Assembly (NCBI GenBank): GCA_051382295.1
Contig: JBBCAW010000128.1
Coordinates: 1 to 27,906, forward strand
Direction of reading: 5' to 3'
Length of the DNA: 27,906 bases
Source: Bdellovibrionota bacterium FG-1
GTDB taxonomy: Bacteria; Bdellovibrionota; UBA1018
A program made the position numbers and the translations under genes. Positions within the stretch are counted from its first letter, which is position 1; each line of letters opens with the position of its first letter. Below the pieces are notes generated by a model. It worked only from the letters and a program-made list of their open reading frames with translations. It searched no databases and had not been told where the DNA came from. This document shows positions 17,986 to 27,000 of this stretch, piece by piece.

Positions 17986-18231
17986 ATGAAAATGACCTCA
18001 ACACAAGACAAGCTCAACGGAACACTCAATACGGCTGCCGGTTCGGTTAAACAAGCCGTCGGCGCGGTAACGGGCAACGAGAAAATGAAAATGGATGGCA
18101 AGGCTAAGTCCATCAAGGGCGAAGCGCAGAAATCCTTTGGTGCGATCAAAGCCGCGATCAACCAAGGGCTTCATGCGACGGGTGATGCAGTCAAGGAAGT
18201 GGGTGAAAAGATTGAGCACCTAGCCGACTAA
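17986..18231 (+). CDS. CsbD-family stress protein
   Basis: DKLNG....AAGSVKQAVGAVTGNEKM...G....KGEAQK; CAGGAG RBS (start may be ATG 17992). Confidence 0.88.
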   Translation: MKMTSTQDKLNGTLNTAAGSVKQAVGAVTGNEKMKMDGKAKSIKGEAQKSFGAIKAAINQGLHATGDAVKEVGEKIEHLAD

Positions 18232-18257
18232 CCGTTTACTCATCGCCAACCGAAAAC

Positions 18258-18296
18258 TTAAAAAGGGCCCTCTTCATCAGAAGAGGGCCCTTTTAA
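18258..18296. terminator. Bidirectional rho-independent terminator
   Basis: AAAAGGGCCCTCTTC-ATCA-GAAGAGGGCCCTTTT perfect inverted repeat between convergent genes. Confidence 0.9.
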
Positions 18297-18323
18297 TTCG
18301 CAAACCATTCGCAAACAAAAACC

Positions 18324-19324
18324 TTACATCTGTGCAGTCTTCTCATGCTGGATCAAAATATCAACCCGGCGGTTCTGCGCACGACCCACCGATGTTTTGT
18401 TGGTCGCCAAAGGCTTCTGATAATCATAACCGACGGCCGTGATCGTCACGGGGTCGGAGCCCGCAGTGGATAGCTTTTCATTGATGATCTTGCCGCCGAC
18501 AGAATCGGTGTGACCTTCAACGACAACTGTACTTTTTCCAAAGTCCTTGATCACCTTTTGCACTTTTGCAAGAAGTGGAAAATTTGATCCCTTTAACACC
18601 GCTTGGGCCACCGGAAATTTGAGCCCTCTCAGCCGGATCATAAGCGTATTGCCCTGCTTATAAACTTCGGCTTCGCTGCCCGTAAATTCTGCACGGGCTT
18701 CTTCAAAGCTGTGATTGAAGGCCTGTTCGGACTCCAAATCCTTATTTTTTTCAGCAAGCGCGGTCGTGGTACCCTGTTCTTTGACCAGTTGGATTTGCTT
18801 ATTATCCAGTTGGGCCTGTTTTCCGACAAGCTAAAGCTGTTTGTCCTGCACCTGGTTTTTTTCGCTTTCTATTTGAAGGGCTATTTCTTCTGGAGCGGTC
18901 TTTTCTCCAGTTTTGGATTCATGGGTAATCTTTAGGAGATGTACGGCCTGGGCTAGGCTTTCATCGGAACGCTTTTTAACTTCGGCAGTTTCATGCCGAT
19001 TTGCAGTAATGTATGCATCGGTATTTTGAACATCCCTTTCGGCGAGAGCAAGACTGCGCGGGGCAAATTCTTTTCCTTTTGCTTATCTAGACTTTCCTTT
19101 GCATCCTGCAAAGACTCTTGAGCATGCTTAAAATTGTAGGGTGATAAAACATCGACCTGCGCTTCCAGTGCCTTGTTGATTTCGGTATCCAACTGAGTGA
19201 CTTCATCTTTTGGGCTGGCGGTATCTGGAAGGTCCTGAATCGCGGGTCCATGACTGCATCCCGAAAAGATCGCTAAAAGTGTGCTTAAGAAAATGGTTCC
19301 ATAAGATCGAATTGATAAATTCAT
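18324..19324 (-). pseudogene. OmpA-family coiled-coil lipoprotein, disrupted
   Basis: Lipobox FSGC; frameshift near 19060; in-frame TAG at 18831-18833. The OmpA domain has EGHTDSVG and AQNRRVDI but lacks the RA.AV..YL helix. Confidence 0.85.
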
Positions 19325-19357
19325 TTGTATCCCTCGCTTTTTGTTTGGCTGGAGGAA

Positions 19358-19373
19358 TGCATCGAACGTGCCA
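19358..19373 (-). promoter_or_regulatory. Putative sigma54 -24/-12 promoter
   Basis: Minus strand TGGCACGTTCGATGCA, 33 nt upstream of the lipoprotein ATG. Confidence 0.65.
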
Positions 19374-19376
19374 CTG

Positions 19377-19916
19377 TCACGCAAGCCGGTGAGCCTGCAC
19401 CTCTCCCATGAAACTCTCTTCTCCGGCCGTTACAACCAGCTGCCCATCGTTGTGAAGTACAGCCCAGGTATTGTCACGGGCCAGGATAGCGCCGAGAGAT
19501 TTCAAAAAAGAAGCGTCGAACGCAAAAATCTCGATCTCGGCGGCATGATGAATCTGCTCGCCCGACACCTCTCGTTTGAGCACCTCCGGATCCTTGTACG
19601 TGTATACCCGCACCGTTCGCGCCGCTTTTGCGGCCTTATGAAGGCGACGCGCGCCGGGATTGCCAATATCGATCCATTTCGCGATGCCGCCATTCGAGTC
19701 AGGAAGCCAGAGAGCAGGCTGATCTGGTTCACCCAGGCCTGGCGAAAACCTGAGGCCATCTTCAAAGTTGAGCGCGTAGGCGAGAACCCGCGTGAGCAAA
19801 AAAGCCTCAGTTTCGGAGGAGTGCATGGCCACGCGCACATCAAGGGAATCGTAAACTGAGCGGTCAACGTCCGATAGCGTGATTCTGAAGCGATAAAGAG
19901 TGGAGGGATTGGCCAT
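19377..19916 (-). CDS. yaeQ: YaeQ family protein
   Basis: LSDVDRSVY, AMHSSET...LTRVLAYALN, PALW and WIDIGNP...RLHKA. Confidence 0.92.
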   Translation of the reverse strand: MANPSTLYRFRITLSDVDRSVYDSLDVRVAMHSSETEAFLLTRVLAYALNFEDGLRFSPGLGEPDQPALWLPDSNGGIAKWIDIGNPGARRLHKAAKAARTVRVYTYKDPEVLKREVSGEQIHHAAEIEIFAFDASFLKSLGAILARDNTWAVLHNDGQLVVTAGEESFMGEVQAHRLA

Positions 19917-20059
19917 TTTGAAAAACAGTAATACACTGCAACAAGAACAAGCAAACTCCAAACACTATGATAAAATGCTAATTCTGGACCAGAACTCAAA
20001 GTTCTGGTATCAGGGGTGCTCGGAATAGACAATTCGAACACAAGAAAGGTTAAATTCAG

Positions 20060-20257
20060 ATGCCTGGCATTTTAATCCGCGAAGGCGACTCCTTTGAGGC
20101 CGCTCTTAAGAAATTCAAAAAACAGTGTGAAAAAGCCGGTACTCTGAACGAGATCCGTAAACGCGAAGCCTATGACAAGCCCTCTGTGAAGCGAAAAAAG
20201 AAGGCTATCGCGGCTCGCAAGCGCGCGCTGAAGAAGCCAAAAACACCTCGTTTCTAA
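20060..20257 (+). CDS. rpsU: 30S ribosomal protein S21
   Basis: [17 protein letters not shown] and [16 protein letters not shown]. Confidence 0.97.
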   Translation: MPGILIREGDSFEAALKKFKKQCEKAGTLNEIRKREAYDKPSVKRKKKAIAARKRALKKPKTPRF

Positions 20258-20404
20258 GACGGGTCCCCCAGCCTATAAAGCCGGAGTGAATAAGTCAGGT
20301 TCACCTCGATCAACGCCCTTCCAGTAGAGAAAATCATCGAAAGTGGTCGAATTTGGTTTGTCTAGGTATTGACTAAGTGCGTCAATCTGTGTAAATCGCA
20401 CTTC

Positions 20405-21775
20405 ATGCAAAGATCTCTGAGTTTACCCCCCCTTTTTGCCACTATGGCGTGCATTACCGCATTCGGATTTTTGGGGTCATCCGCTCATGCGGATATCTTA
20501 TTTATCGATTTAAACGATTCGCCGGCTGAAATTAAAGAAGCTACGACTTCCGTTTTGGCCCGTCATGAAAAACTCTTCGTTTTTCCTCAATACACAAAAG
20601 AAGAGAAAGTAAACATTCGCAAGAGCCTCGCGATGGTCGAAAGTCTACGTGGGGCACTCGAAGATCCCGTTAATCAAAAATTCCCGGCAAAATTAGAAAA
20701 AATTCAAATCCAACTCAACACCGCTGCTCAAGAATATCGTCGGGTGTTTCATGGCGGATTTAATTTGAAAAAGCTAGATGAGTACCTTGCTCTTCTGGAA
20801 AAAGAAAAATCAAGTGTGTCAGCTTTGGTGCTTTCTAGTCACTCCGCGGGAGGAGAGTTTTGGGGAAAATTTGCGACTTCTCATGTCTCTCTCGGGGAGT
20901 TGTTTGAAGTCATCGATCGGCATCCGTCCATTAAAAACGACCTTCGAACCGCGATTTTACTCGCTTGCTACTCGGGAACTCATGAGTACTTAGCAGAATG
21001 GAATAGGCATTTTCCAGAAATGAAAATCATTTTTGGATTCGATGGTCCAGGTCCAGGCAGCGAGTACCCCTATTCTTACCGACTTTTAGGAAATCTCCTT
21101 CTTCAGCAAGAACGGCTCTTTTTAGTGAAAAACGGGGAAGAAGCTGCAAAAGCAATGGCGAACATTCCCTACGCTCGAGCGACAGAGACGTCCGCCCTGT
21201 TTAACCATATTTGGGTGACTCGGGACGGGTTTCAAGGAGAGTTTAAGGATGACGAACAGGATTGCAGTCCTCAAGATCTAGAGCGGATAAAAAACGAAAA
21301 ACATGTTTTTCAAAAATACTTTGAGGCTTCTGGTACTGACGATGTCCCCGTAAATGAATTTTCTTCAGACCTGAGAAGCTATTACAATCATCTTCAAAAG
21401 GGCTCTTACTGCACCTTGCCCTCGGACACTCCGCCACTGGCGGTCGTAGGAGCCCTCATTCATTTTCGAAATCTGCGTCACTCTTTTGCCATCGCGTTTC
21501 AAGAAAAGGCTCAACAGGCCAAGGAAGCGCTGCTTCGAGAGGGAAAAGAGCAGGCCACACCTTGGGTGGACCTTGCGGCCCCTACTACCACCCGGCGAAT
21601 GGTTTTGGACGAGATTTTAAATTTTCGCCGCTTGATCAAAGGCTCCGAAACACTAGAGGTCGTGCGTGATTATGTGGAGTGGATGGATGCGGTCTTGGGG
21701 CGAATGGATTGTGTTCCAAGATCTTGGATCACCTTCAATGATCCCTGGCCCCAGGTTCCGGCTAAATGTGACTAA
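20405..21775 (+). CDS. Secreted hypothetical protein with possible caspase/CHAT-like domain
   Basis: Signal peptide ending AHA-D; motifs LVLSSHS and ILLACYSG; start codon uncertain. Confidence 0.7.
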   Translation: MQRSLSLPPLFATMACITAFGFLGSSAHADILFIDLNDSPAEIKEATTSVLARHEKLFVFPQYTKEEKVNIRKSLAMVESLRGALEDPVNQKFPAKLEKIQIQLNTAAQEYRRVFHGGFNLKKLDEYLALLEKEKSSVSALVLSSHSAGGEFWGKFATSHVSLGELFEVIDRHPSIKNDLRTAILLACYSGTHEYLAEWNRHFPEMKIIFGFDGPGPGSEYPYSYRLLGNLLLQQERLFLVKNGEEAAKAMANIPYARATETSALFNHIWVTRDGFQGEFKDDEQDCSPQDLERIKNEKHVFQKYFEASGTDDVPVNEFSSDLRSYYNHLQKGSYCTLPSDTPPLAVVGALIHFRNLRHSFAIAFQEKAQQAKEALLREGKEQATPWVDLAAPTTTRRMVLDEILNFRRLIKGSETLEVVRDYVEWMDAVLGRMDCVPRSWITFNDPWPQVPAKCD

Positions 21776-21789
21776 GGGCCCGACAATGC

Positions 21790-22737
21790 CTAAACGGCAC
21801 TCTGCGAAATCGCACTCAAAACCCACGACCCCGCAGCTCCGCCCGTCCTCACAAAGGTCCAATACTCTTCAAACTTTACTGGATCGGCATCACTGCCTGA
21901 AACCACTTTTCCGGTTTCGTCTGTATTGTAGTCCAAAAGATTCGCAAGAAATCGAACCGTCACATAATCAGAGCCGGCGTCTTGCCAGGACTCGGTGATT
22001 TCAACGTCTCTTACTGCGATATTTTCTAGACGATTGACCTCACGACGGCTTTTCAAACTATCCAAATCTTGTTGAAGAACTCCCAAGGTTTCTGGGCTCA
22101 CCCGATTTTTCACCAGACTCAGATCTCCACGAGTCCAGGCACCTTGGACCTTAAAGAATAGATCTTGCGCGATCTCTTTCAAACCAGCGGAATCAAACGC
22201 CATTTCTGGGCGAGAAATCGACTCAGGAGCAGAATAAGTGAGCACAGAATGAAGGGGTGTCGAGTAGCTCGAGTCGGGCTCAGTACGCCGACTCCGAAAA
22301 ATCCTGAAAATCACAAAAATCAGCCCCCCCAACAAGAGGATCTCAAGAAGTCCAATTCCGCCACCGCCGCCACCCTGGCCGGCGCCCCAACCGCCACCCA
22401 TTCCCAAAGACCTAAAAAGCATGCTACCCACCATGCCCCCCACCAAACCGCCCGCCATGTTTCTCAAAAATCCGCCACCACCCATGGGTTGAGATGGCTG
22501 GGAAAAGGGTTGATTTTGTTGGGGTTGTGCTTGCTGATAGGGGGCCGCCGGACGAGAGGGCTGACTCAAACTTCGAGATGGCGCACTATAGGTTCGCGAA
22601 CCCCTGCTGCCGAATGACCTTCCGCCACCGGCGCGGGCCGAAGCATCGGGTGAAAAGCAGGCCACCATCAAAAGGGTAGCAATAATTGATGCACGTGGTA
22701 AGAAGCCGGGGCTGGTTTTCTTTTTTGAAAAATTCAT
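21790..22737 (-). CDS. Tim44 domain-containing protein
   Basis: Signal, ARAGGGRSFGSRGSRT, Gly-rich region, TM segment, then VQGAW...D and FEEYWTFVR......WVLSAI.Q. Confidence 0.92.
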   Translation of the reverse strand: MNFSKKKTSPGFLPRASIIATLLMVACFSPDASARAGGGRSFGSRGSRTYSAPSRSLSQPSRPAAPYQQAQPQQNQPFSQPSQPMGGGGFLRNMAGGLVGGMVGSMLFRSLGMGGGWGAGQGGGGGGIGLLEILLLGGLIFVIFRIFRSRRTEPDSSYSTPLHSVLTYSAPESISRPEMAFDSAGLKEIAQDLFFKVQGAWTRGDLSLVKNRVSPETLGVLQQDLDSLKSRREVNRLENIAVRDVEITESWQDAGSDYVTVRFLANLLDYNTDETGKVVSGSDADPVKFEEYWTFVRTGGAAGSWVLSAISQSAV

Positions 22738-22859
22738 AACATTCTCCTTGTGGGCAGGCTGTGAGTGCTAGCCTAGCATCTTTCTCAAAATAGTTCGAAG
22801 CTAGTCATTTTGGCCCACTGCATATATATGTCGTTTGTCTTGAAAGGACGCAATTTTTT

Positions 22860-23990
22860 ATGAATTCATTCACCAGCTTCGATCTGCTCTCCTCCCTTCA
22901 AGCAACCCTGGTCGAAAAGGGCTTAATCAAGCCCACTGAAATCCAAAACCGGGCGTTGCCCGCTTTACTCGATGGCCGCTCCGTGGTCGGTGTCGCGGAA
23001 ACCGGTAGCGGCAAGACGCTGGCCTATGCGCTGCCAGTGTTACATCAGCTCAAATGCCTAGAGCATATGGGTGAGCGAGTGACCGAGGACAGCCAGCCTC
23101 GCGCTGCGATCATTGTCCCCACCCGCGAACTCGGAGAGCAAGTATCCCGAGTCTTCAAACCCTTTACCCACACCACCCGCCTTCGGGTTCGTACCGTCCT
23201 AGGCGGCACAACCCTGGAAATCGCCAAAAGAAACATCTCTGGCCCCTTCGAGATCCTCGTAGCGACGCCAGGGCGCCTCGTTCAATTGCTCGACCGACGT
23301 CTGCTGAACCTGAGCGACGTTCGTGTCCTCGTTTTCGACGAGGCTGATCAAATGCTAGACCAGGGGTTTTTACCTGCGGCCGACCGCATTGTGCAGGCGT
23401 GTCCCGCTGAACGTCAAATGGCCCTCTTTTCTGCGACAGTTTCACCCGCCGTACAGCAACTGATCAACAAACTATTCGCCGATGCCGAAGTGATTCGCAG
23501 CGAAGGCCACCACCGCGTGGTGGAAACCCTCAAGACCGTCAACCGCACCGTGATGAATGGAAAACGTTTTCCGCTGCTCGAAACCTTACTCGCCGATGCC
23601 GTCACCGGGGGAACCCTGATTTTCACGAACACCCGTGAGCAATGCGATAAACTCGCCGAGGAACTTCGAAAGAAGGGCCATACCTGCGTGATCTATCGAG
23701 GAGAGATGGACAAGGTCGAGCGCCGCGCGAATTTGAAAGCGTTTCGCGACGGAAAGATCGGTTTACTGATTTCCACAGACCTCGCATCGAGAGGACTCGA
23801 CGTCGATCATGTCGGGCGCGTGGTCAACTATCACCTCCCCCAGCAAATGGAAAACTACCTCCATCGCGTCGGTCGAACCGCGCGTGCCGGGCGTACCGGT
23901 GTCGTTATCAACTTTGTAACCGAACGAGACCAACCGTTGGTCAGCCAGTTGGGCAGTGTTCAGGCTGCGCCTCGGAAAACTCGTTCTTGA
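22860..23990 (+). CDS. DEAD-box RNA helicase
   Basis: PTEIQ, AETGSGKT, PTREL, TPGR, DEAD, SAT, SRGLD and HRVGRTAR. Confidence 0.96.
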   Translation: MNSFTSFDLLSSLQATLVEKGLIKPTEIQNRALPALLDGRSVVGVAETGSGKTLAYALPVLHQLKCLEHMGERVTEDSQPRAAIIVPTRELGEQVSRVFKPFTHTTRLRVRTVLGGTTLEIAKRNISGPFEILVATPGRLVQLLDRRLLNLSDVRVLVFDEADQMLDQGFLPAADRIVQACPAERQMALFSATVSPAVQQLINKLFADAEVIRSEGHHRVVETLKTVNRTVMNGKRFPLLETLLADAVTGGTLIFTNTREQCDKLAEELRKKGHTCVIYRGEMDKVERRANLKAFRDGKIGLLISTDLASRGLDVDHVGRVVNYHLPQQMENYLHRVGRTARAGRTGVVINFVTERDQPLVSQLGSVQAAPRKTRS

Positions 23991-24014
23991 ATAAAATCCC
24001 AACCAAAAGGTGGC

Positions 24015-27000
24015 ATGAATAATACCGAAACCGAGCAAAGTAGCCGGCACTTTGCCGATTTCCTAAGTATTTTACGCCGTTCGACGGATCTTCTCACCGC
24101 AGATCCCGTGCGCGAAGAACTCTTCAGCGTGGAGCGGCTTGAACTCTACGCGACCTACCTCGCCCAACAACTCGCGGTCAGCTCCGATCCCCGGCGCGGC
24201 CGCTCTTTGCTGCCTGAATTCAAACGCACCGGCGCTCAACTCCTCGAAGACTACCAATCACTCACCGCCGCCATCCGAGCCAAACAAGCGGTTTCACCTG
24301 CGGCGGAGTGGTTCGTCGATAACTTCCACATCATCGAAGATCAGCTTCGGAGCATCAAACAGGATCTGCCGCAAAATTATTATTATGAACTTTCAAAGCT
24401 CGCATCCGGAGAACTCAAGGGTTATCCCCGTGTCTACGCCATGGCCATGGCCATCATCGCGCACACGGATAGCCGTCTGGATGCAAATACCCTCCGGCGT
24501 TTCATTCAGGCCTATCAACAAATATCGCCTCTCAAGATCGGGGAGCTTTGGGCGGTCGCGATCACGCTTCGCATTGCGCTGCTTGAACACTTAACCCCCC
24601 TGACGGCGCGGATCGTAAGCGCCCGCAAGAACCGAGGGGCCGCGGACACTCTGGCGGATCGCCTTCTCGAACTGGCCGTCGATCCAAAAGTCGAACCGCA
24701 CGAACTCCTGCAACTGCTCGCGCGCGAGTTAGGCCCCCCGGAAACCTATGATCGGGCTTTCATCGTGCAGCTCACCCAGCGCCTCCGCGATCAAGATCCG
24801 GATGTCCGGCCAGCCTTCGACTGGCTTGAAAAACAACTTCAGACTCACCATCACACCAACACTCTGCAAGTCGTTCAGCTCGAACTCCACCGCCAGGCGG
24901 CCGCGCAAGTCACGGTTGGCAATATCATTTCAAGCTTGCGACTGCTGGCAACCCTCGATTGGCGCGACTTCTTCGAAAGCGTCAGCCTAGTCGACCCGAT
25001 CCTGGCACAGGATCCCGCCGGCGCTTACGCGAAAATGGATTTCCAAACGCGGGACCGCTACCGGCACGCCATAGAACGAATCGCCCGACGGTCCAAGGGC
25101 GACGAACTCGAAGTCAGCCGTCAGGCGATGGTCCTTGCCACTGCGGTGAAAACCACGAACCCGAATGATCAACGACGATCACACATCGGGTATTATCTGA
25201 TTGGCGAAGGACTCCCGCAGCTCGAAAGGATTTTCAAATACCGCCCACGCTTGATGGAACGCCTCCATCGAATGATTCTGCGCTATCCGACGTTTTTCTA
25301 TCTGGGATTGCTCAGCGGCCTCGTTTCTTTTTTCATCATCCCTTTGAATGAATTGCATTGGACCATTTGGTTCCTAGCCGCCTTTCCGGCCAGTGAACTC
25401 GCGCTCAGCATCCTCAATTATTACATCACCTTCCTCATTAATCCTCAGGTTCTTCCTAAGATGGAAGCCGTGCACGGCCTTCCCAGTGATGCCCACACCA
25501 TGGTCGTCATCCCGACCCTTTTCACCCATGTCAACGTGGTCCGTAGTCTCCTCGAATCGCTCGAACTCCACTATCTCGGCAATCAAGATCCCGTGCTTTC
25601 CTTCGCACTTTTAGGAGATTTTTCTGATGCGGATGTCGAGCACGGACCGAATGACGAAGCGATCCTCGCGGTCGTCCGACAAGGGATCCATGAACTCAAT
25701 ACACGATATCCTGCCGCTCCCCATGCCCGCTTTCATCTTTTTTACCGGCGTCGTCAGTGGAATCAATCCGAAGAAAAGTGGATCGGCTGGGAGCGCAAAC
25801 GCGGAAAGCTTCTGGAATTTAACCGACTTTTGAGAGGCGCACGCAACACCAGTTATCTCGGAGCACTGCCTGACTTCAAATTTCTCTCCGAAATCAAGTA
25901 TGTGATTACCCTGGATTCGGACACCCAGCTTCCTCGGAATGCCGCCCATCAGCTGATCGCAACCATCGTTCACCCCCTCAATCAACCTCAGTACGATACC
26001 CGCCAAAAAAGAGTGACTGCGGGCTACGGCATCCTGCAGCCGAGAATCAACGTTGATCTCGTGAGCGCGACCCGGACCCGGTTCGCGCAGCTATATTCGG
26101 GTAATACCGGACTAGATCCTTATACGACCGCCGTCTCTGACGTTTACCAGGATCTCTTTGCCGAAGGGAGCTTCACCGGCAAAGGGCTGTATGTCGTGGA
26201 TGCCTTTGAACTCGCCCTTGCCGATCGCGTACCGGAAAACATCGTCCTGAGCCATGACCTGTTCGAGGGCTCGTATGCCCGCTCGGCACTCGTCACCGAT
26301 GTCGAACTCTTTGACGATTATCCGTCGGACTACGAAACCTTTTCAAAGCGCGCCCATCGTTGGACCCGAGGCGACTGGCAAATCGCGCCCTGGCTCTTTC
26401 CGTGGGTGTCCGATGCGCGGGGGCACCTCGTTCCAAATCACCTATCCATCATTTCGCGTTGGAAGATCTTCGATAATCTACGTCGGAGCCTCGTACCGAT
26501 CACGACACTTTTGTGGCTCATCCTAGCCTGGACCCTGCTTCCAGGAGCGCCCGCCGCGCTGACGGTGCCCATTTTAATTATGCTCGCTTTTCCGATCTAT
26601 GCACCGATCCTGTCGGGCGTGGCCTTGAAACGGGACGGCTTGCCGTGGCGCGGATACCTCCTGAATGGCTTCAAGCAAACCCTACTTCGACTGAGCCAGG
26701 TTTCGCTCATGATCGCTTTTCTACCCGACCATGCTTGGACCCAGGCTGATGCGATTCTCCGGACGCTTTACCGAAAACTGATATCCGGAAAAAAGCTCCT
26801 CGAGTGGATGACCTTTGCCCAGTCCCATTACACCCACCATTCTCAGATAAAACGCCGTCCAATATTTATCTTTGAAGAAATGATGGCGCCCGGGCCTTTA
26901 CTGGCAATCCTCATTGGAAGTCTCCTCATCGGAATACCGGGTCTTTGCGCGCGGGCCCTTCCGATTGCTTCGCCTTTTCTTCTTTGTTGGCTGGCCGCGC

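Noticed and set aside
17813..17989. 58-codon ORF upstream of csbD
   Set aside because: Weak RBS, no motif, and it overlaps the probable csbD promoter.
18831..18833. Programmed TAG read-through or recoding in the OmpA gene
   Set aside because: The gene has other lesions, and TAG serves as a normal stop elsewhere in the window.
8885..22617. Long antisense or alternate-frame ORFs (e.g. 8885-9550, 15505-16179, 16088-16624, 19341-19859, 22165-22617)
   Set aside because: They overlap well-supported genes and show no protein motifs.
22763..22778. CIRCE (HrcA) operator upstream of the Tim44 gene
   Set aside because: Only one half-site (GAGTGCTAG), with no partner at 9-nt spacing.
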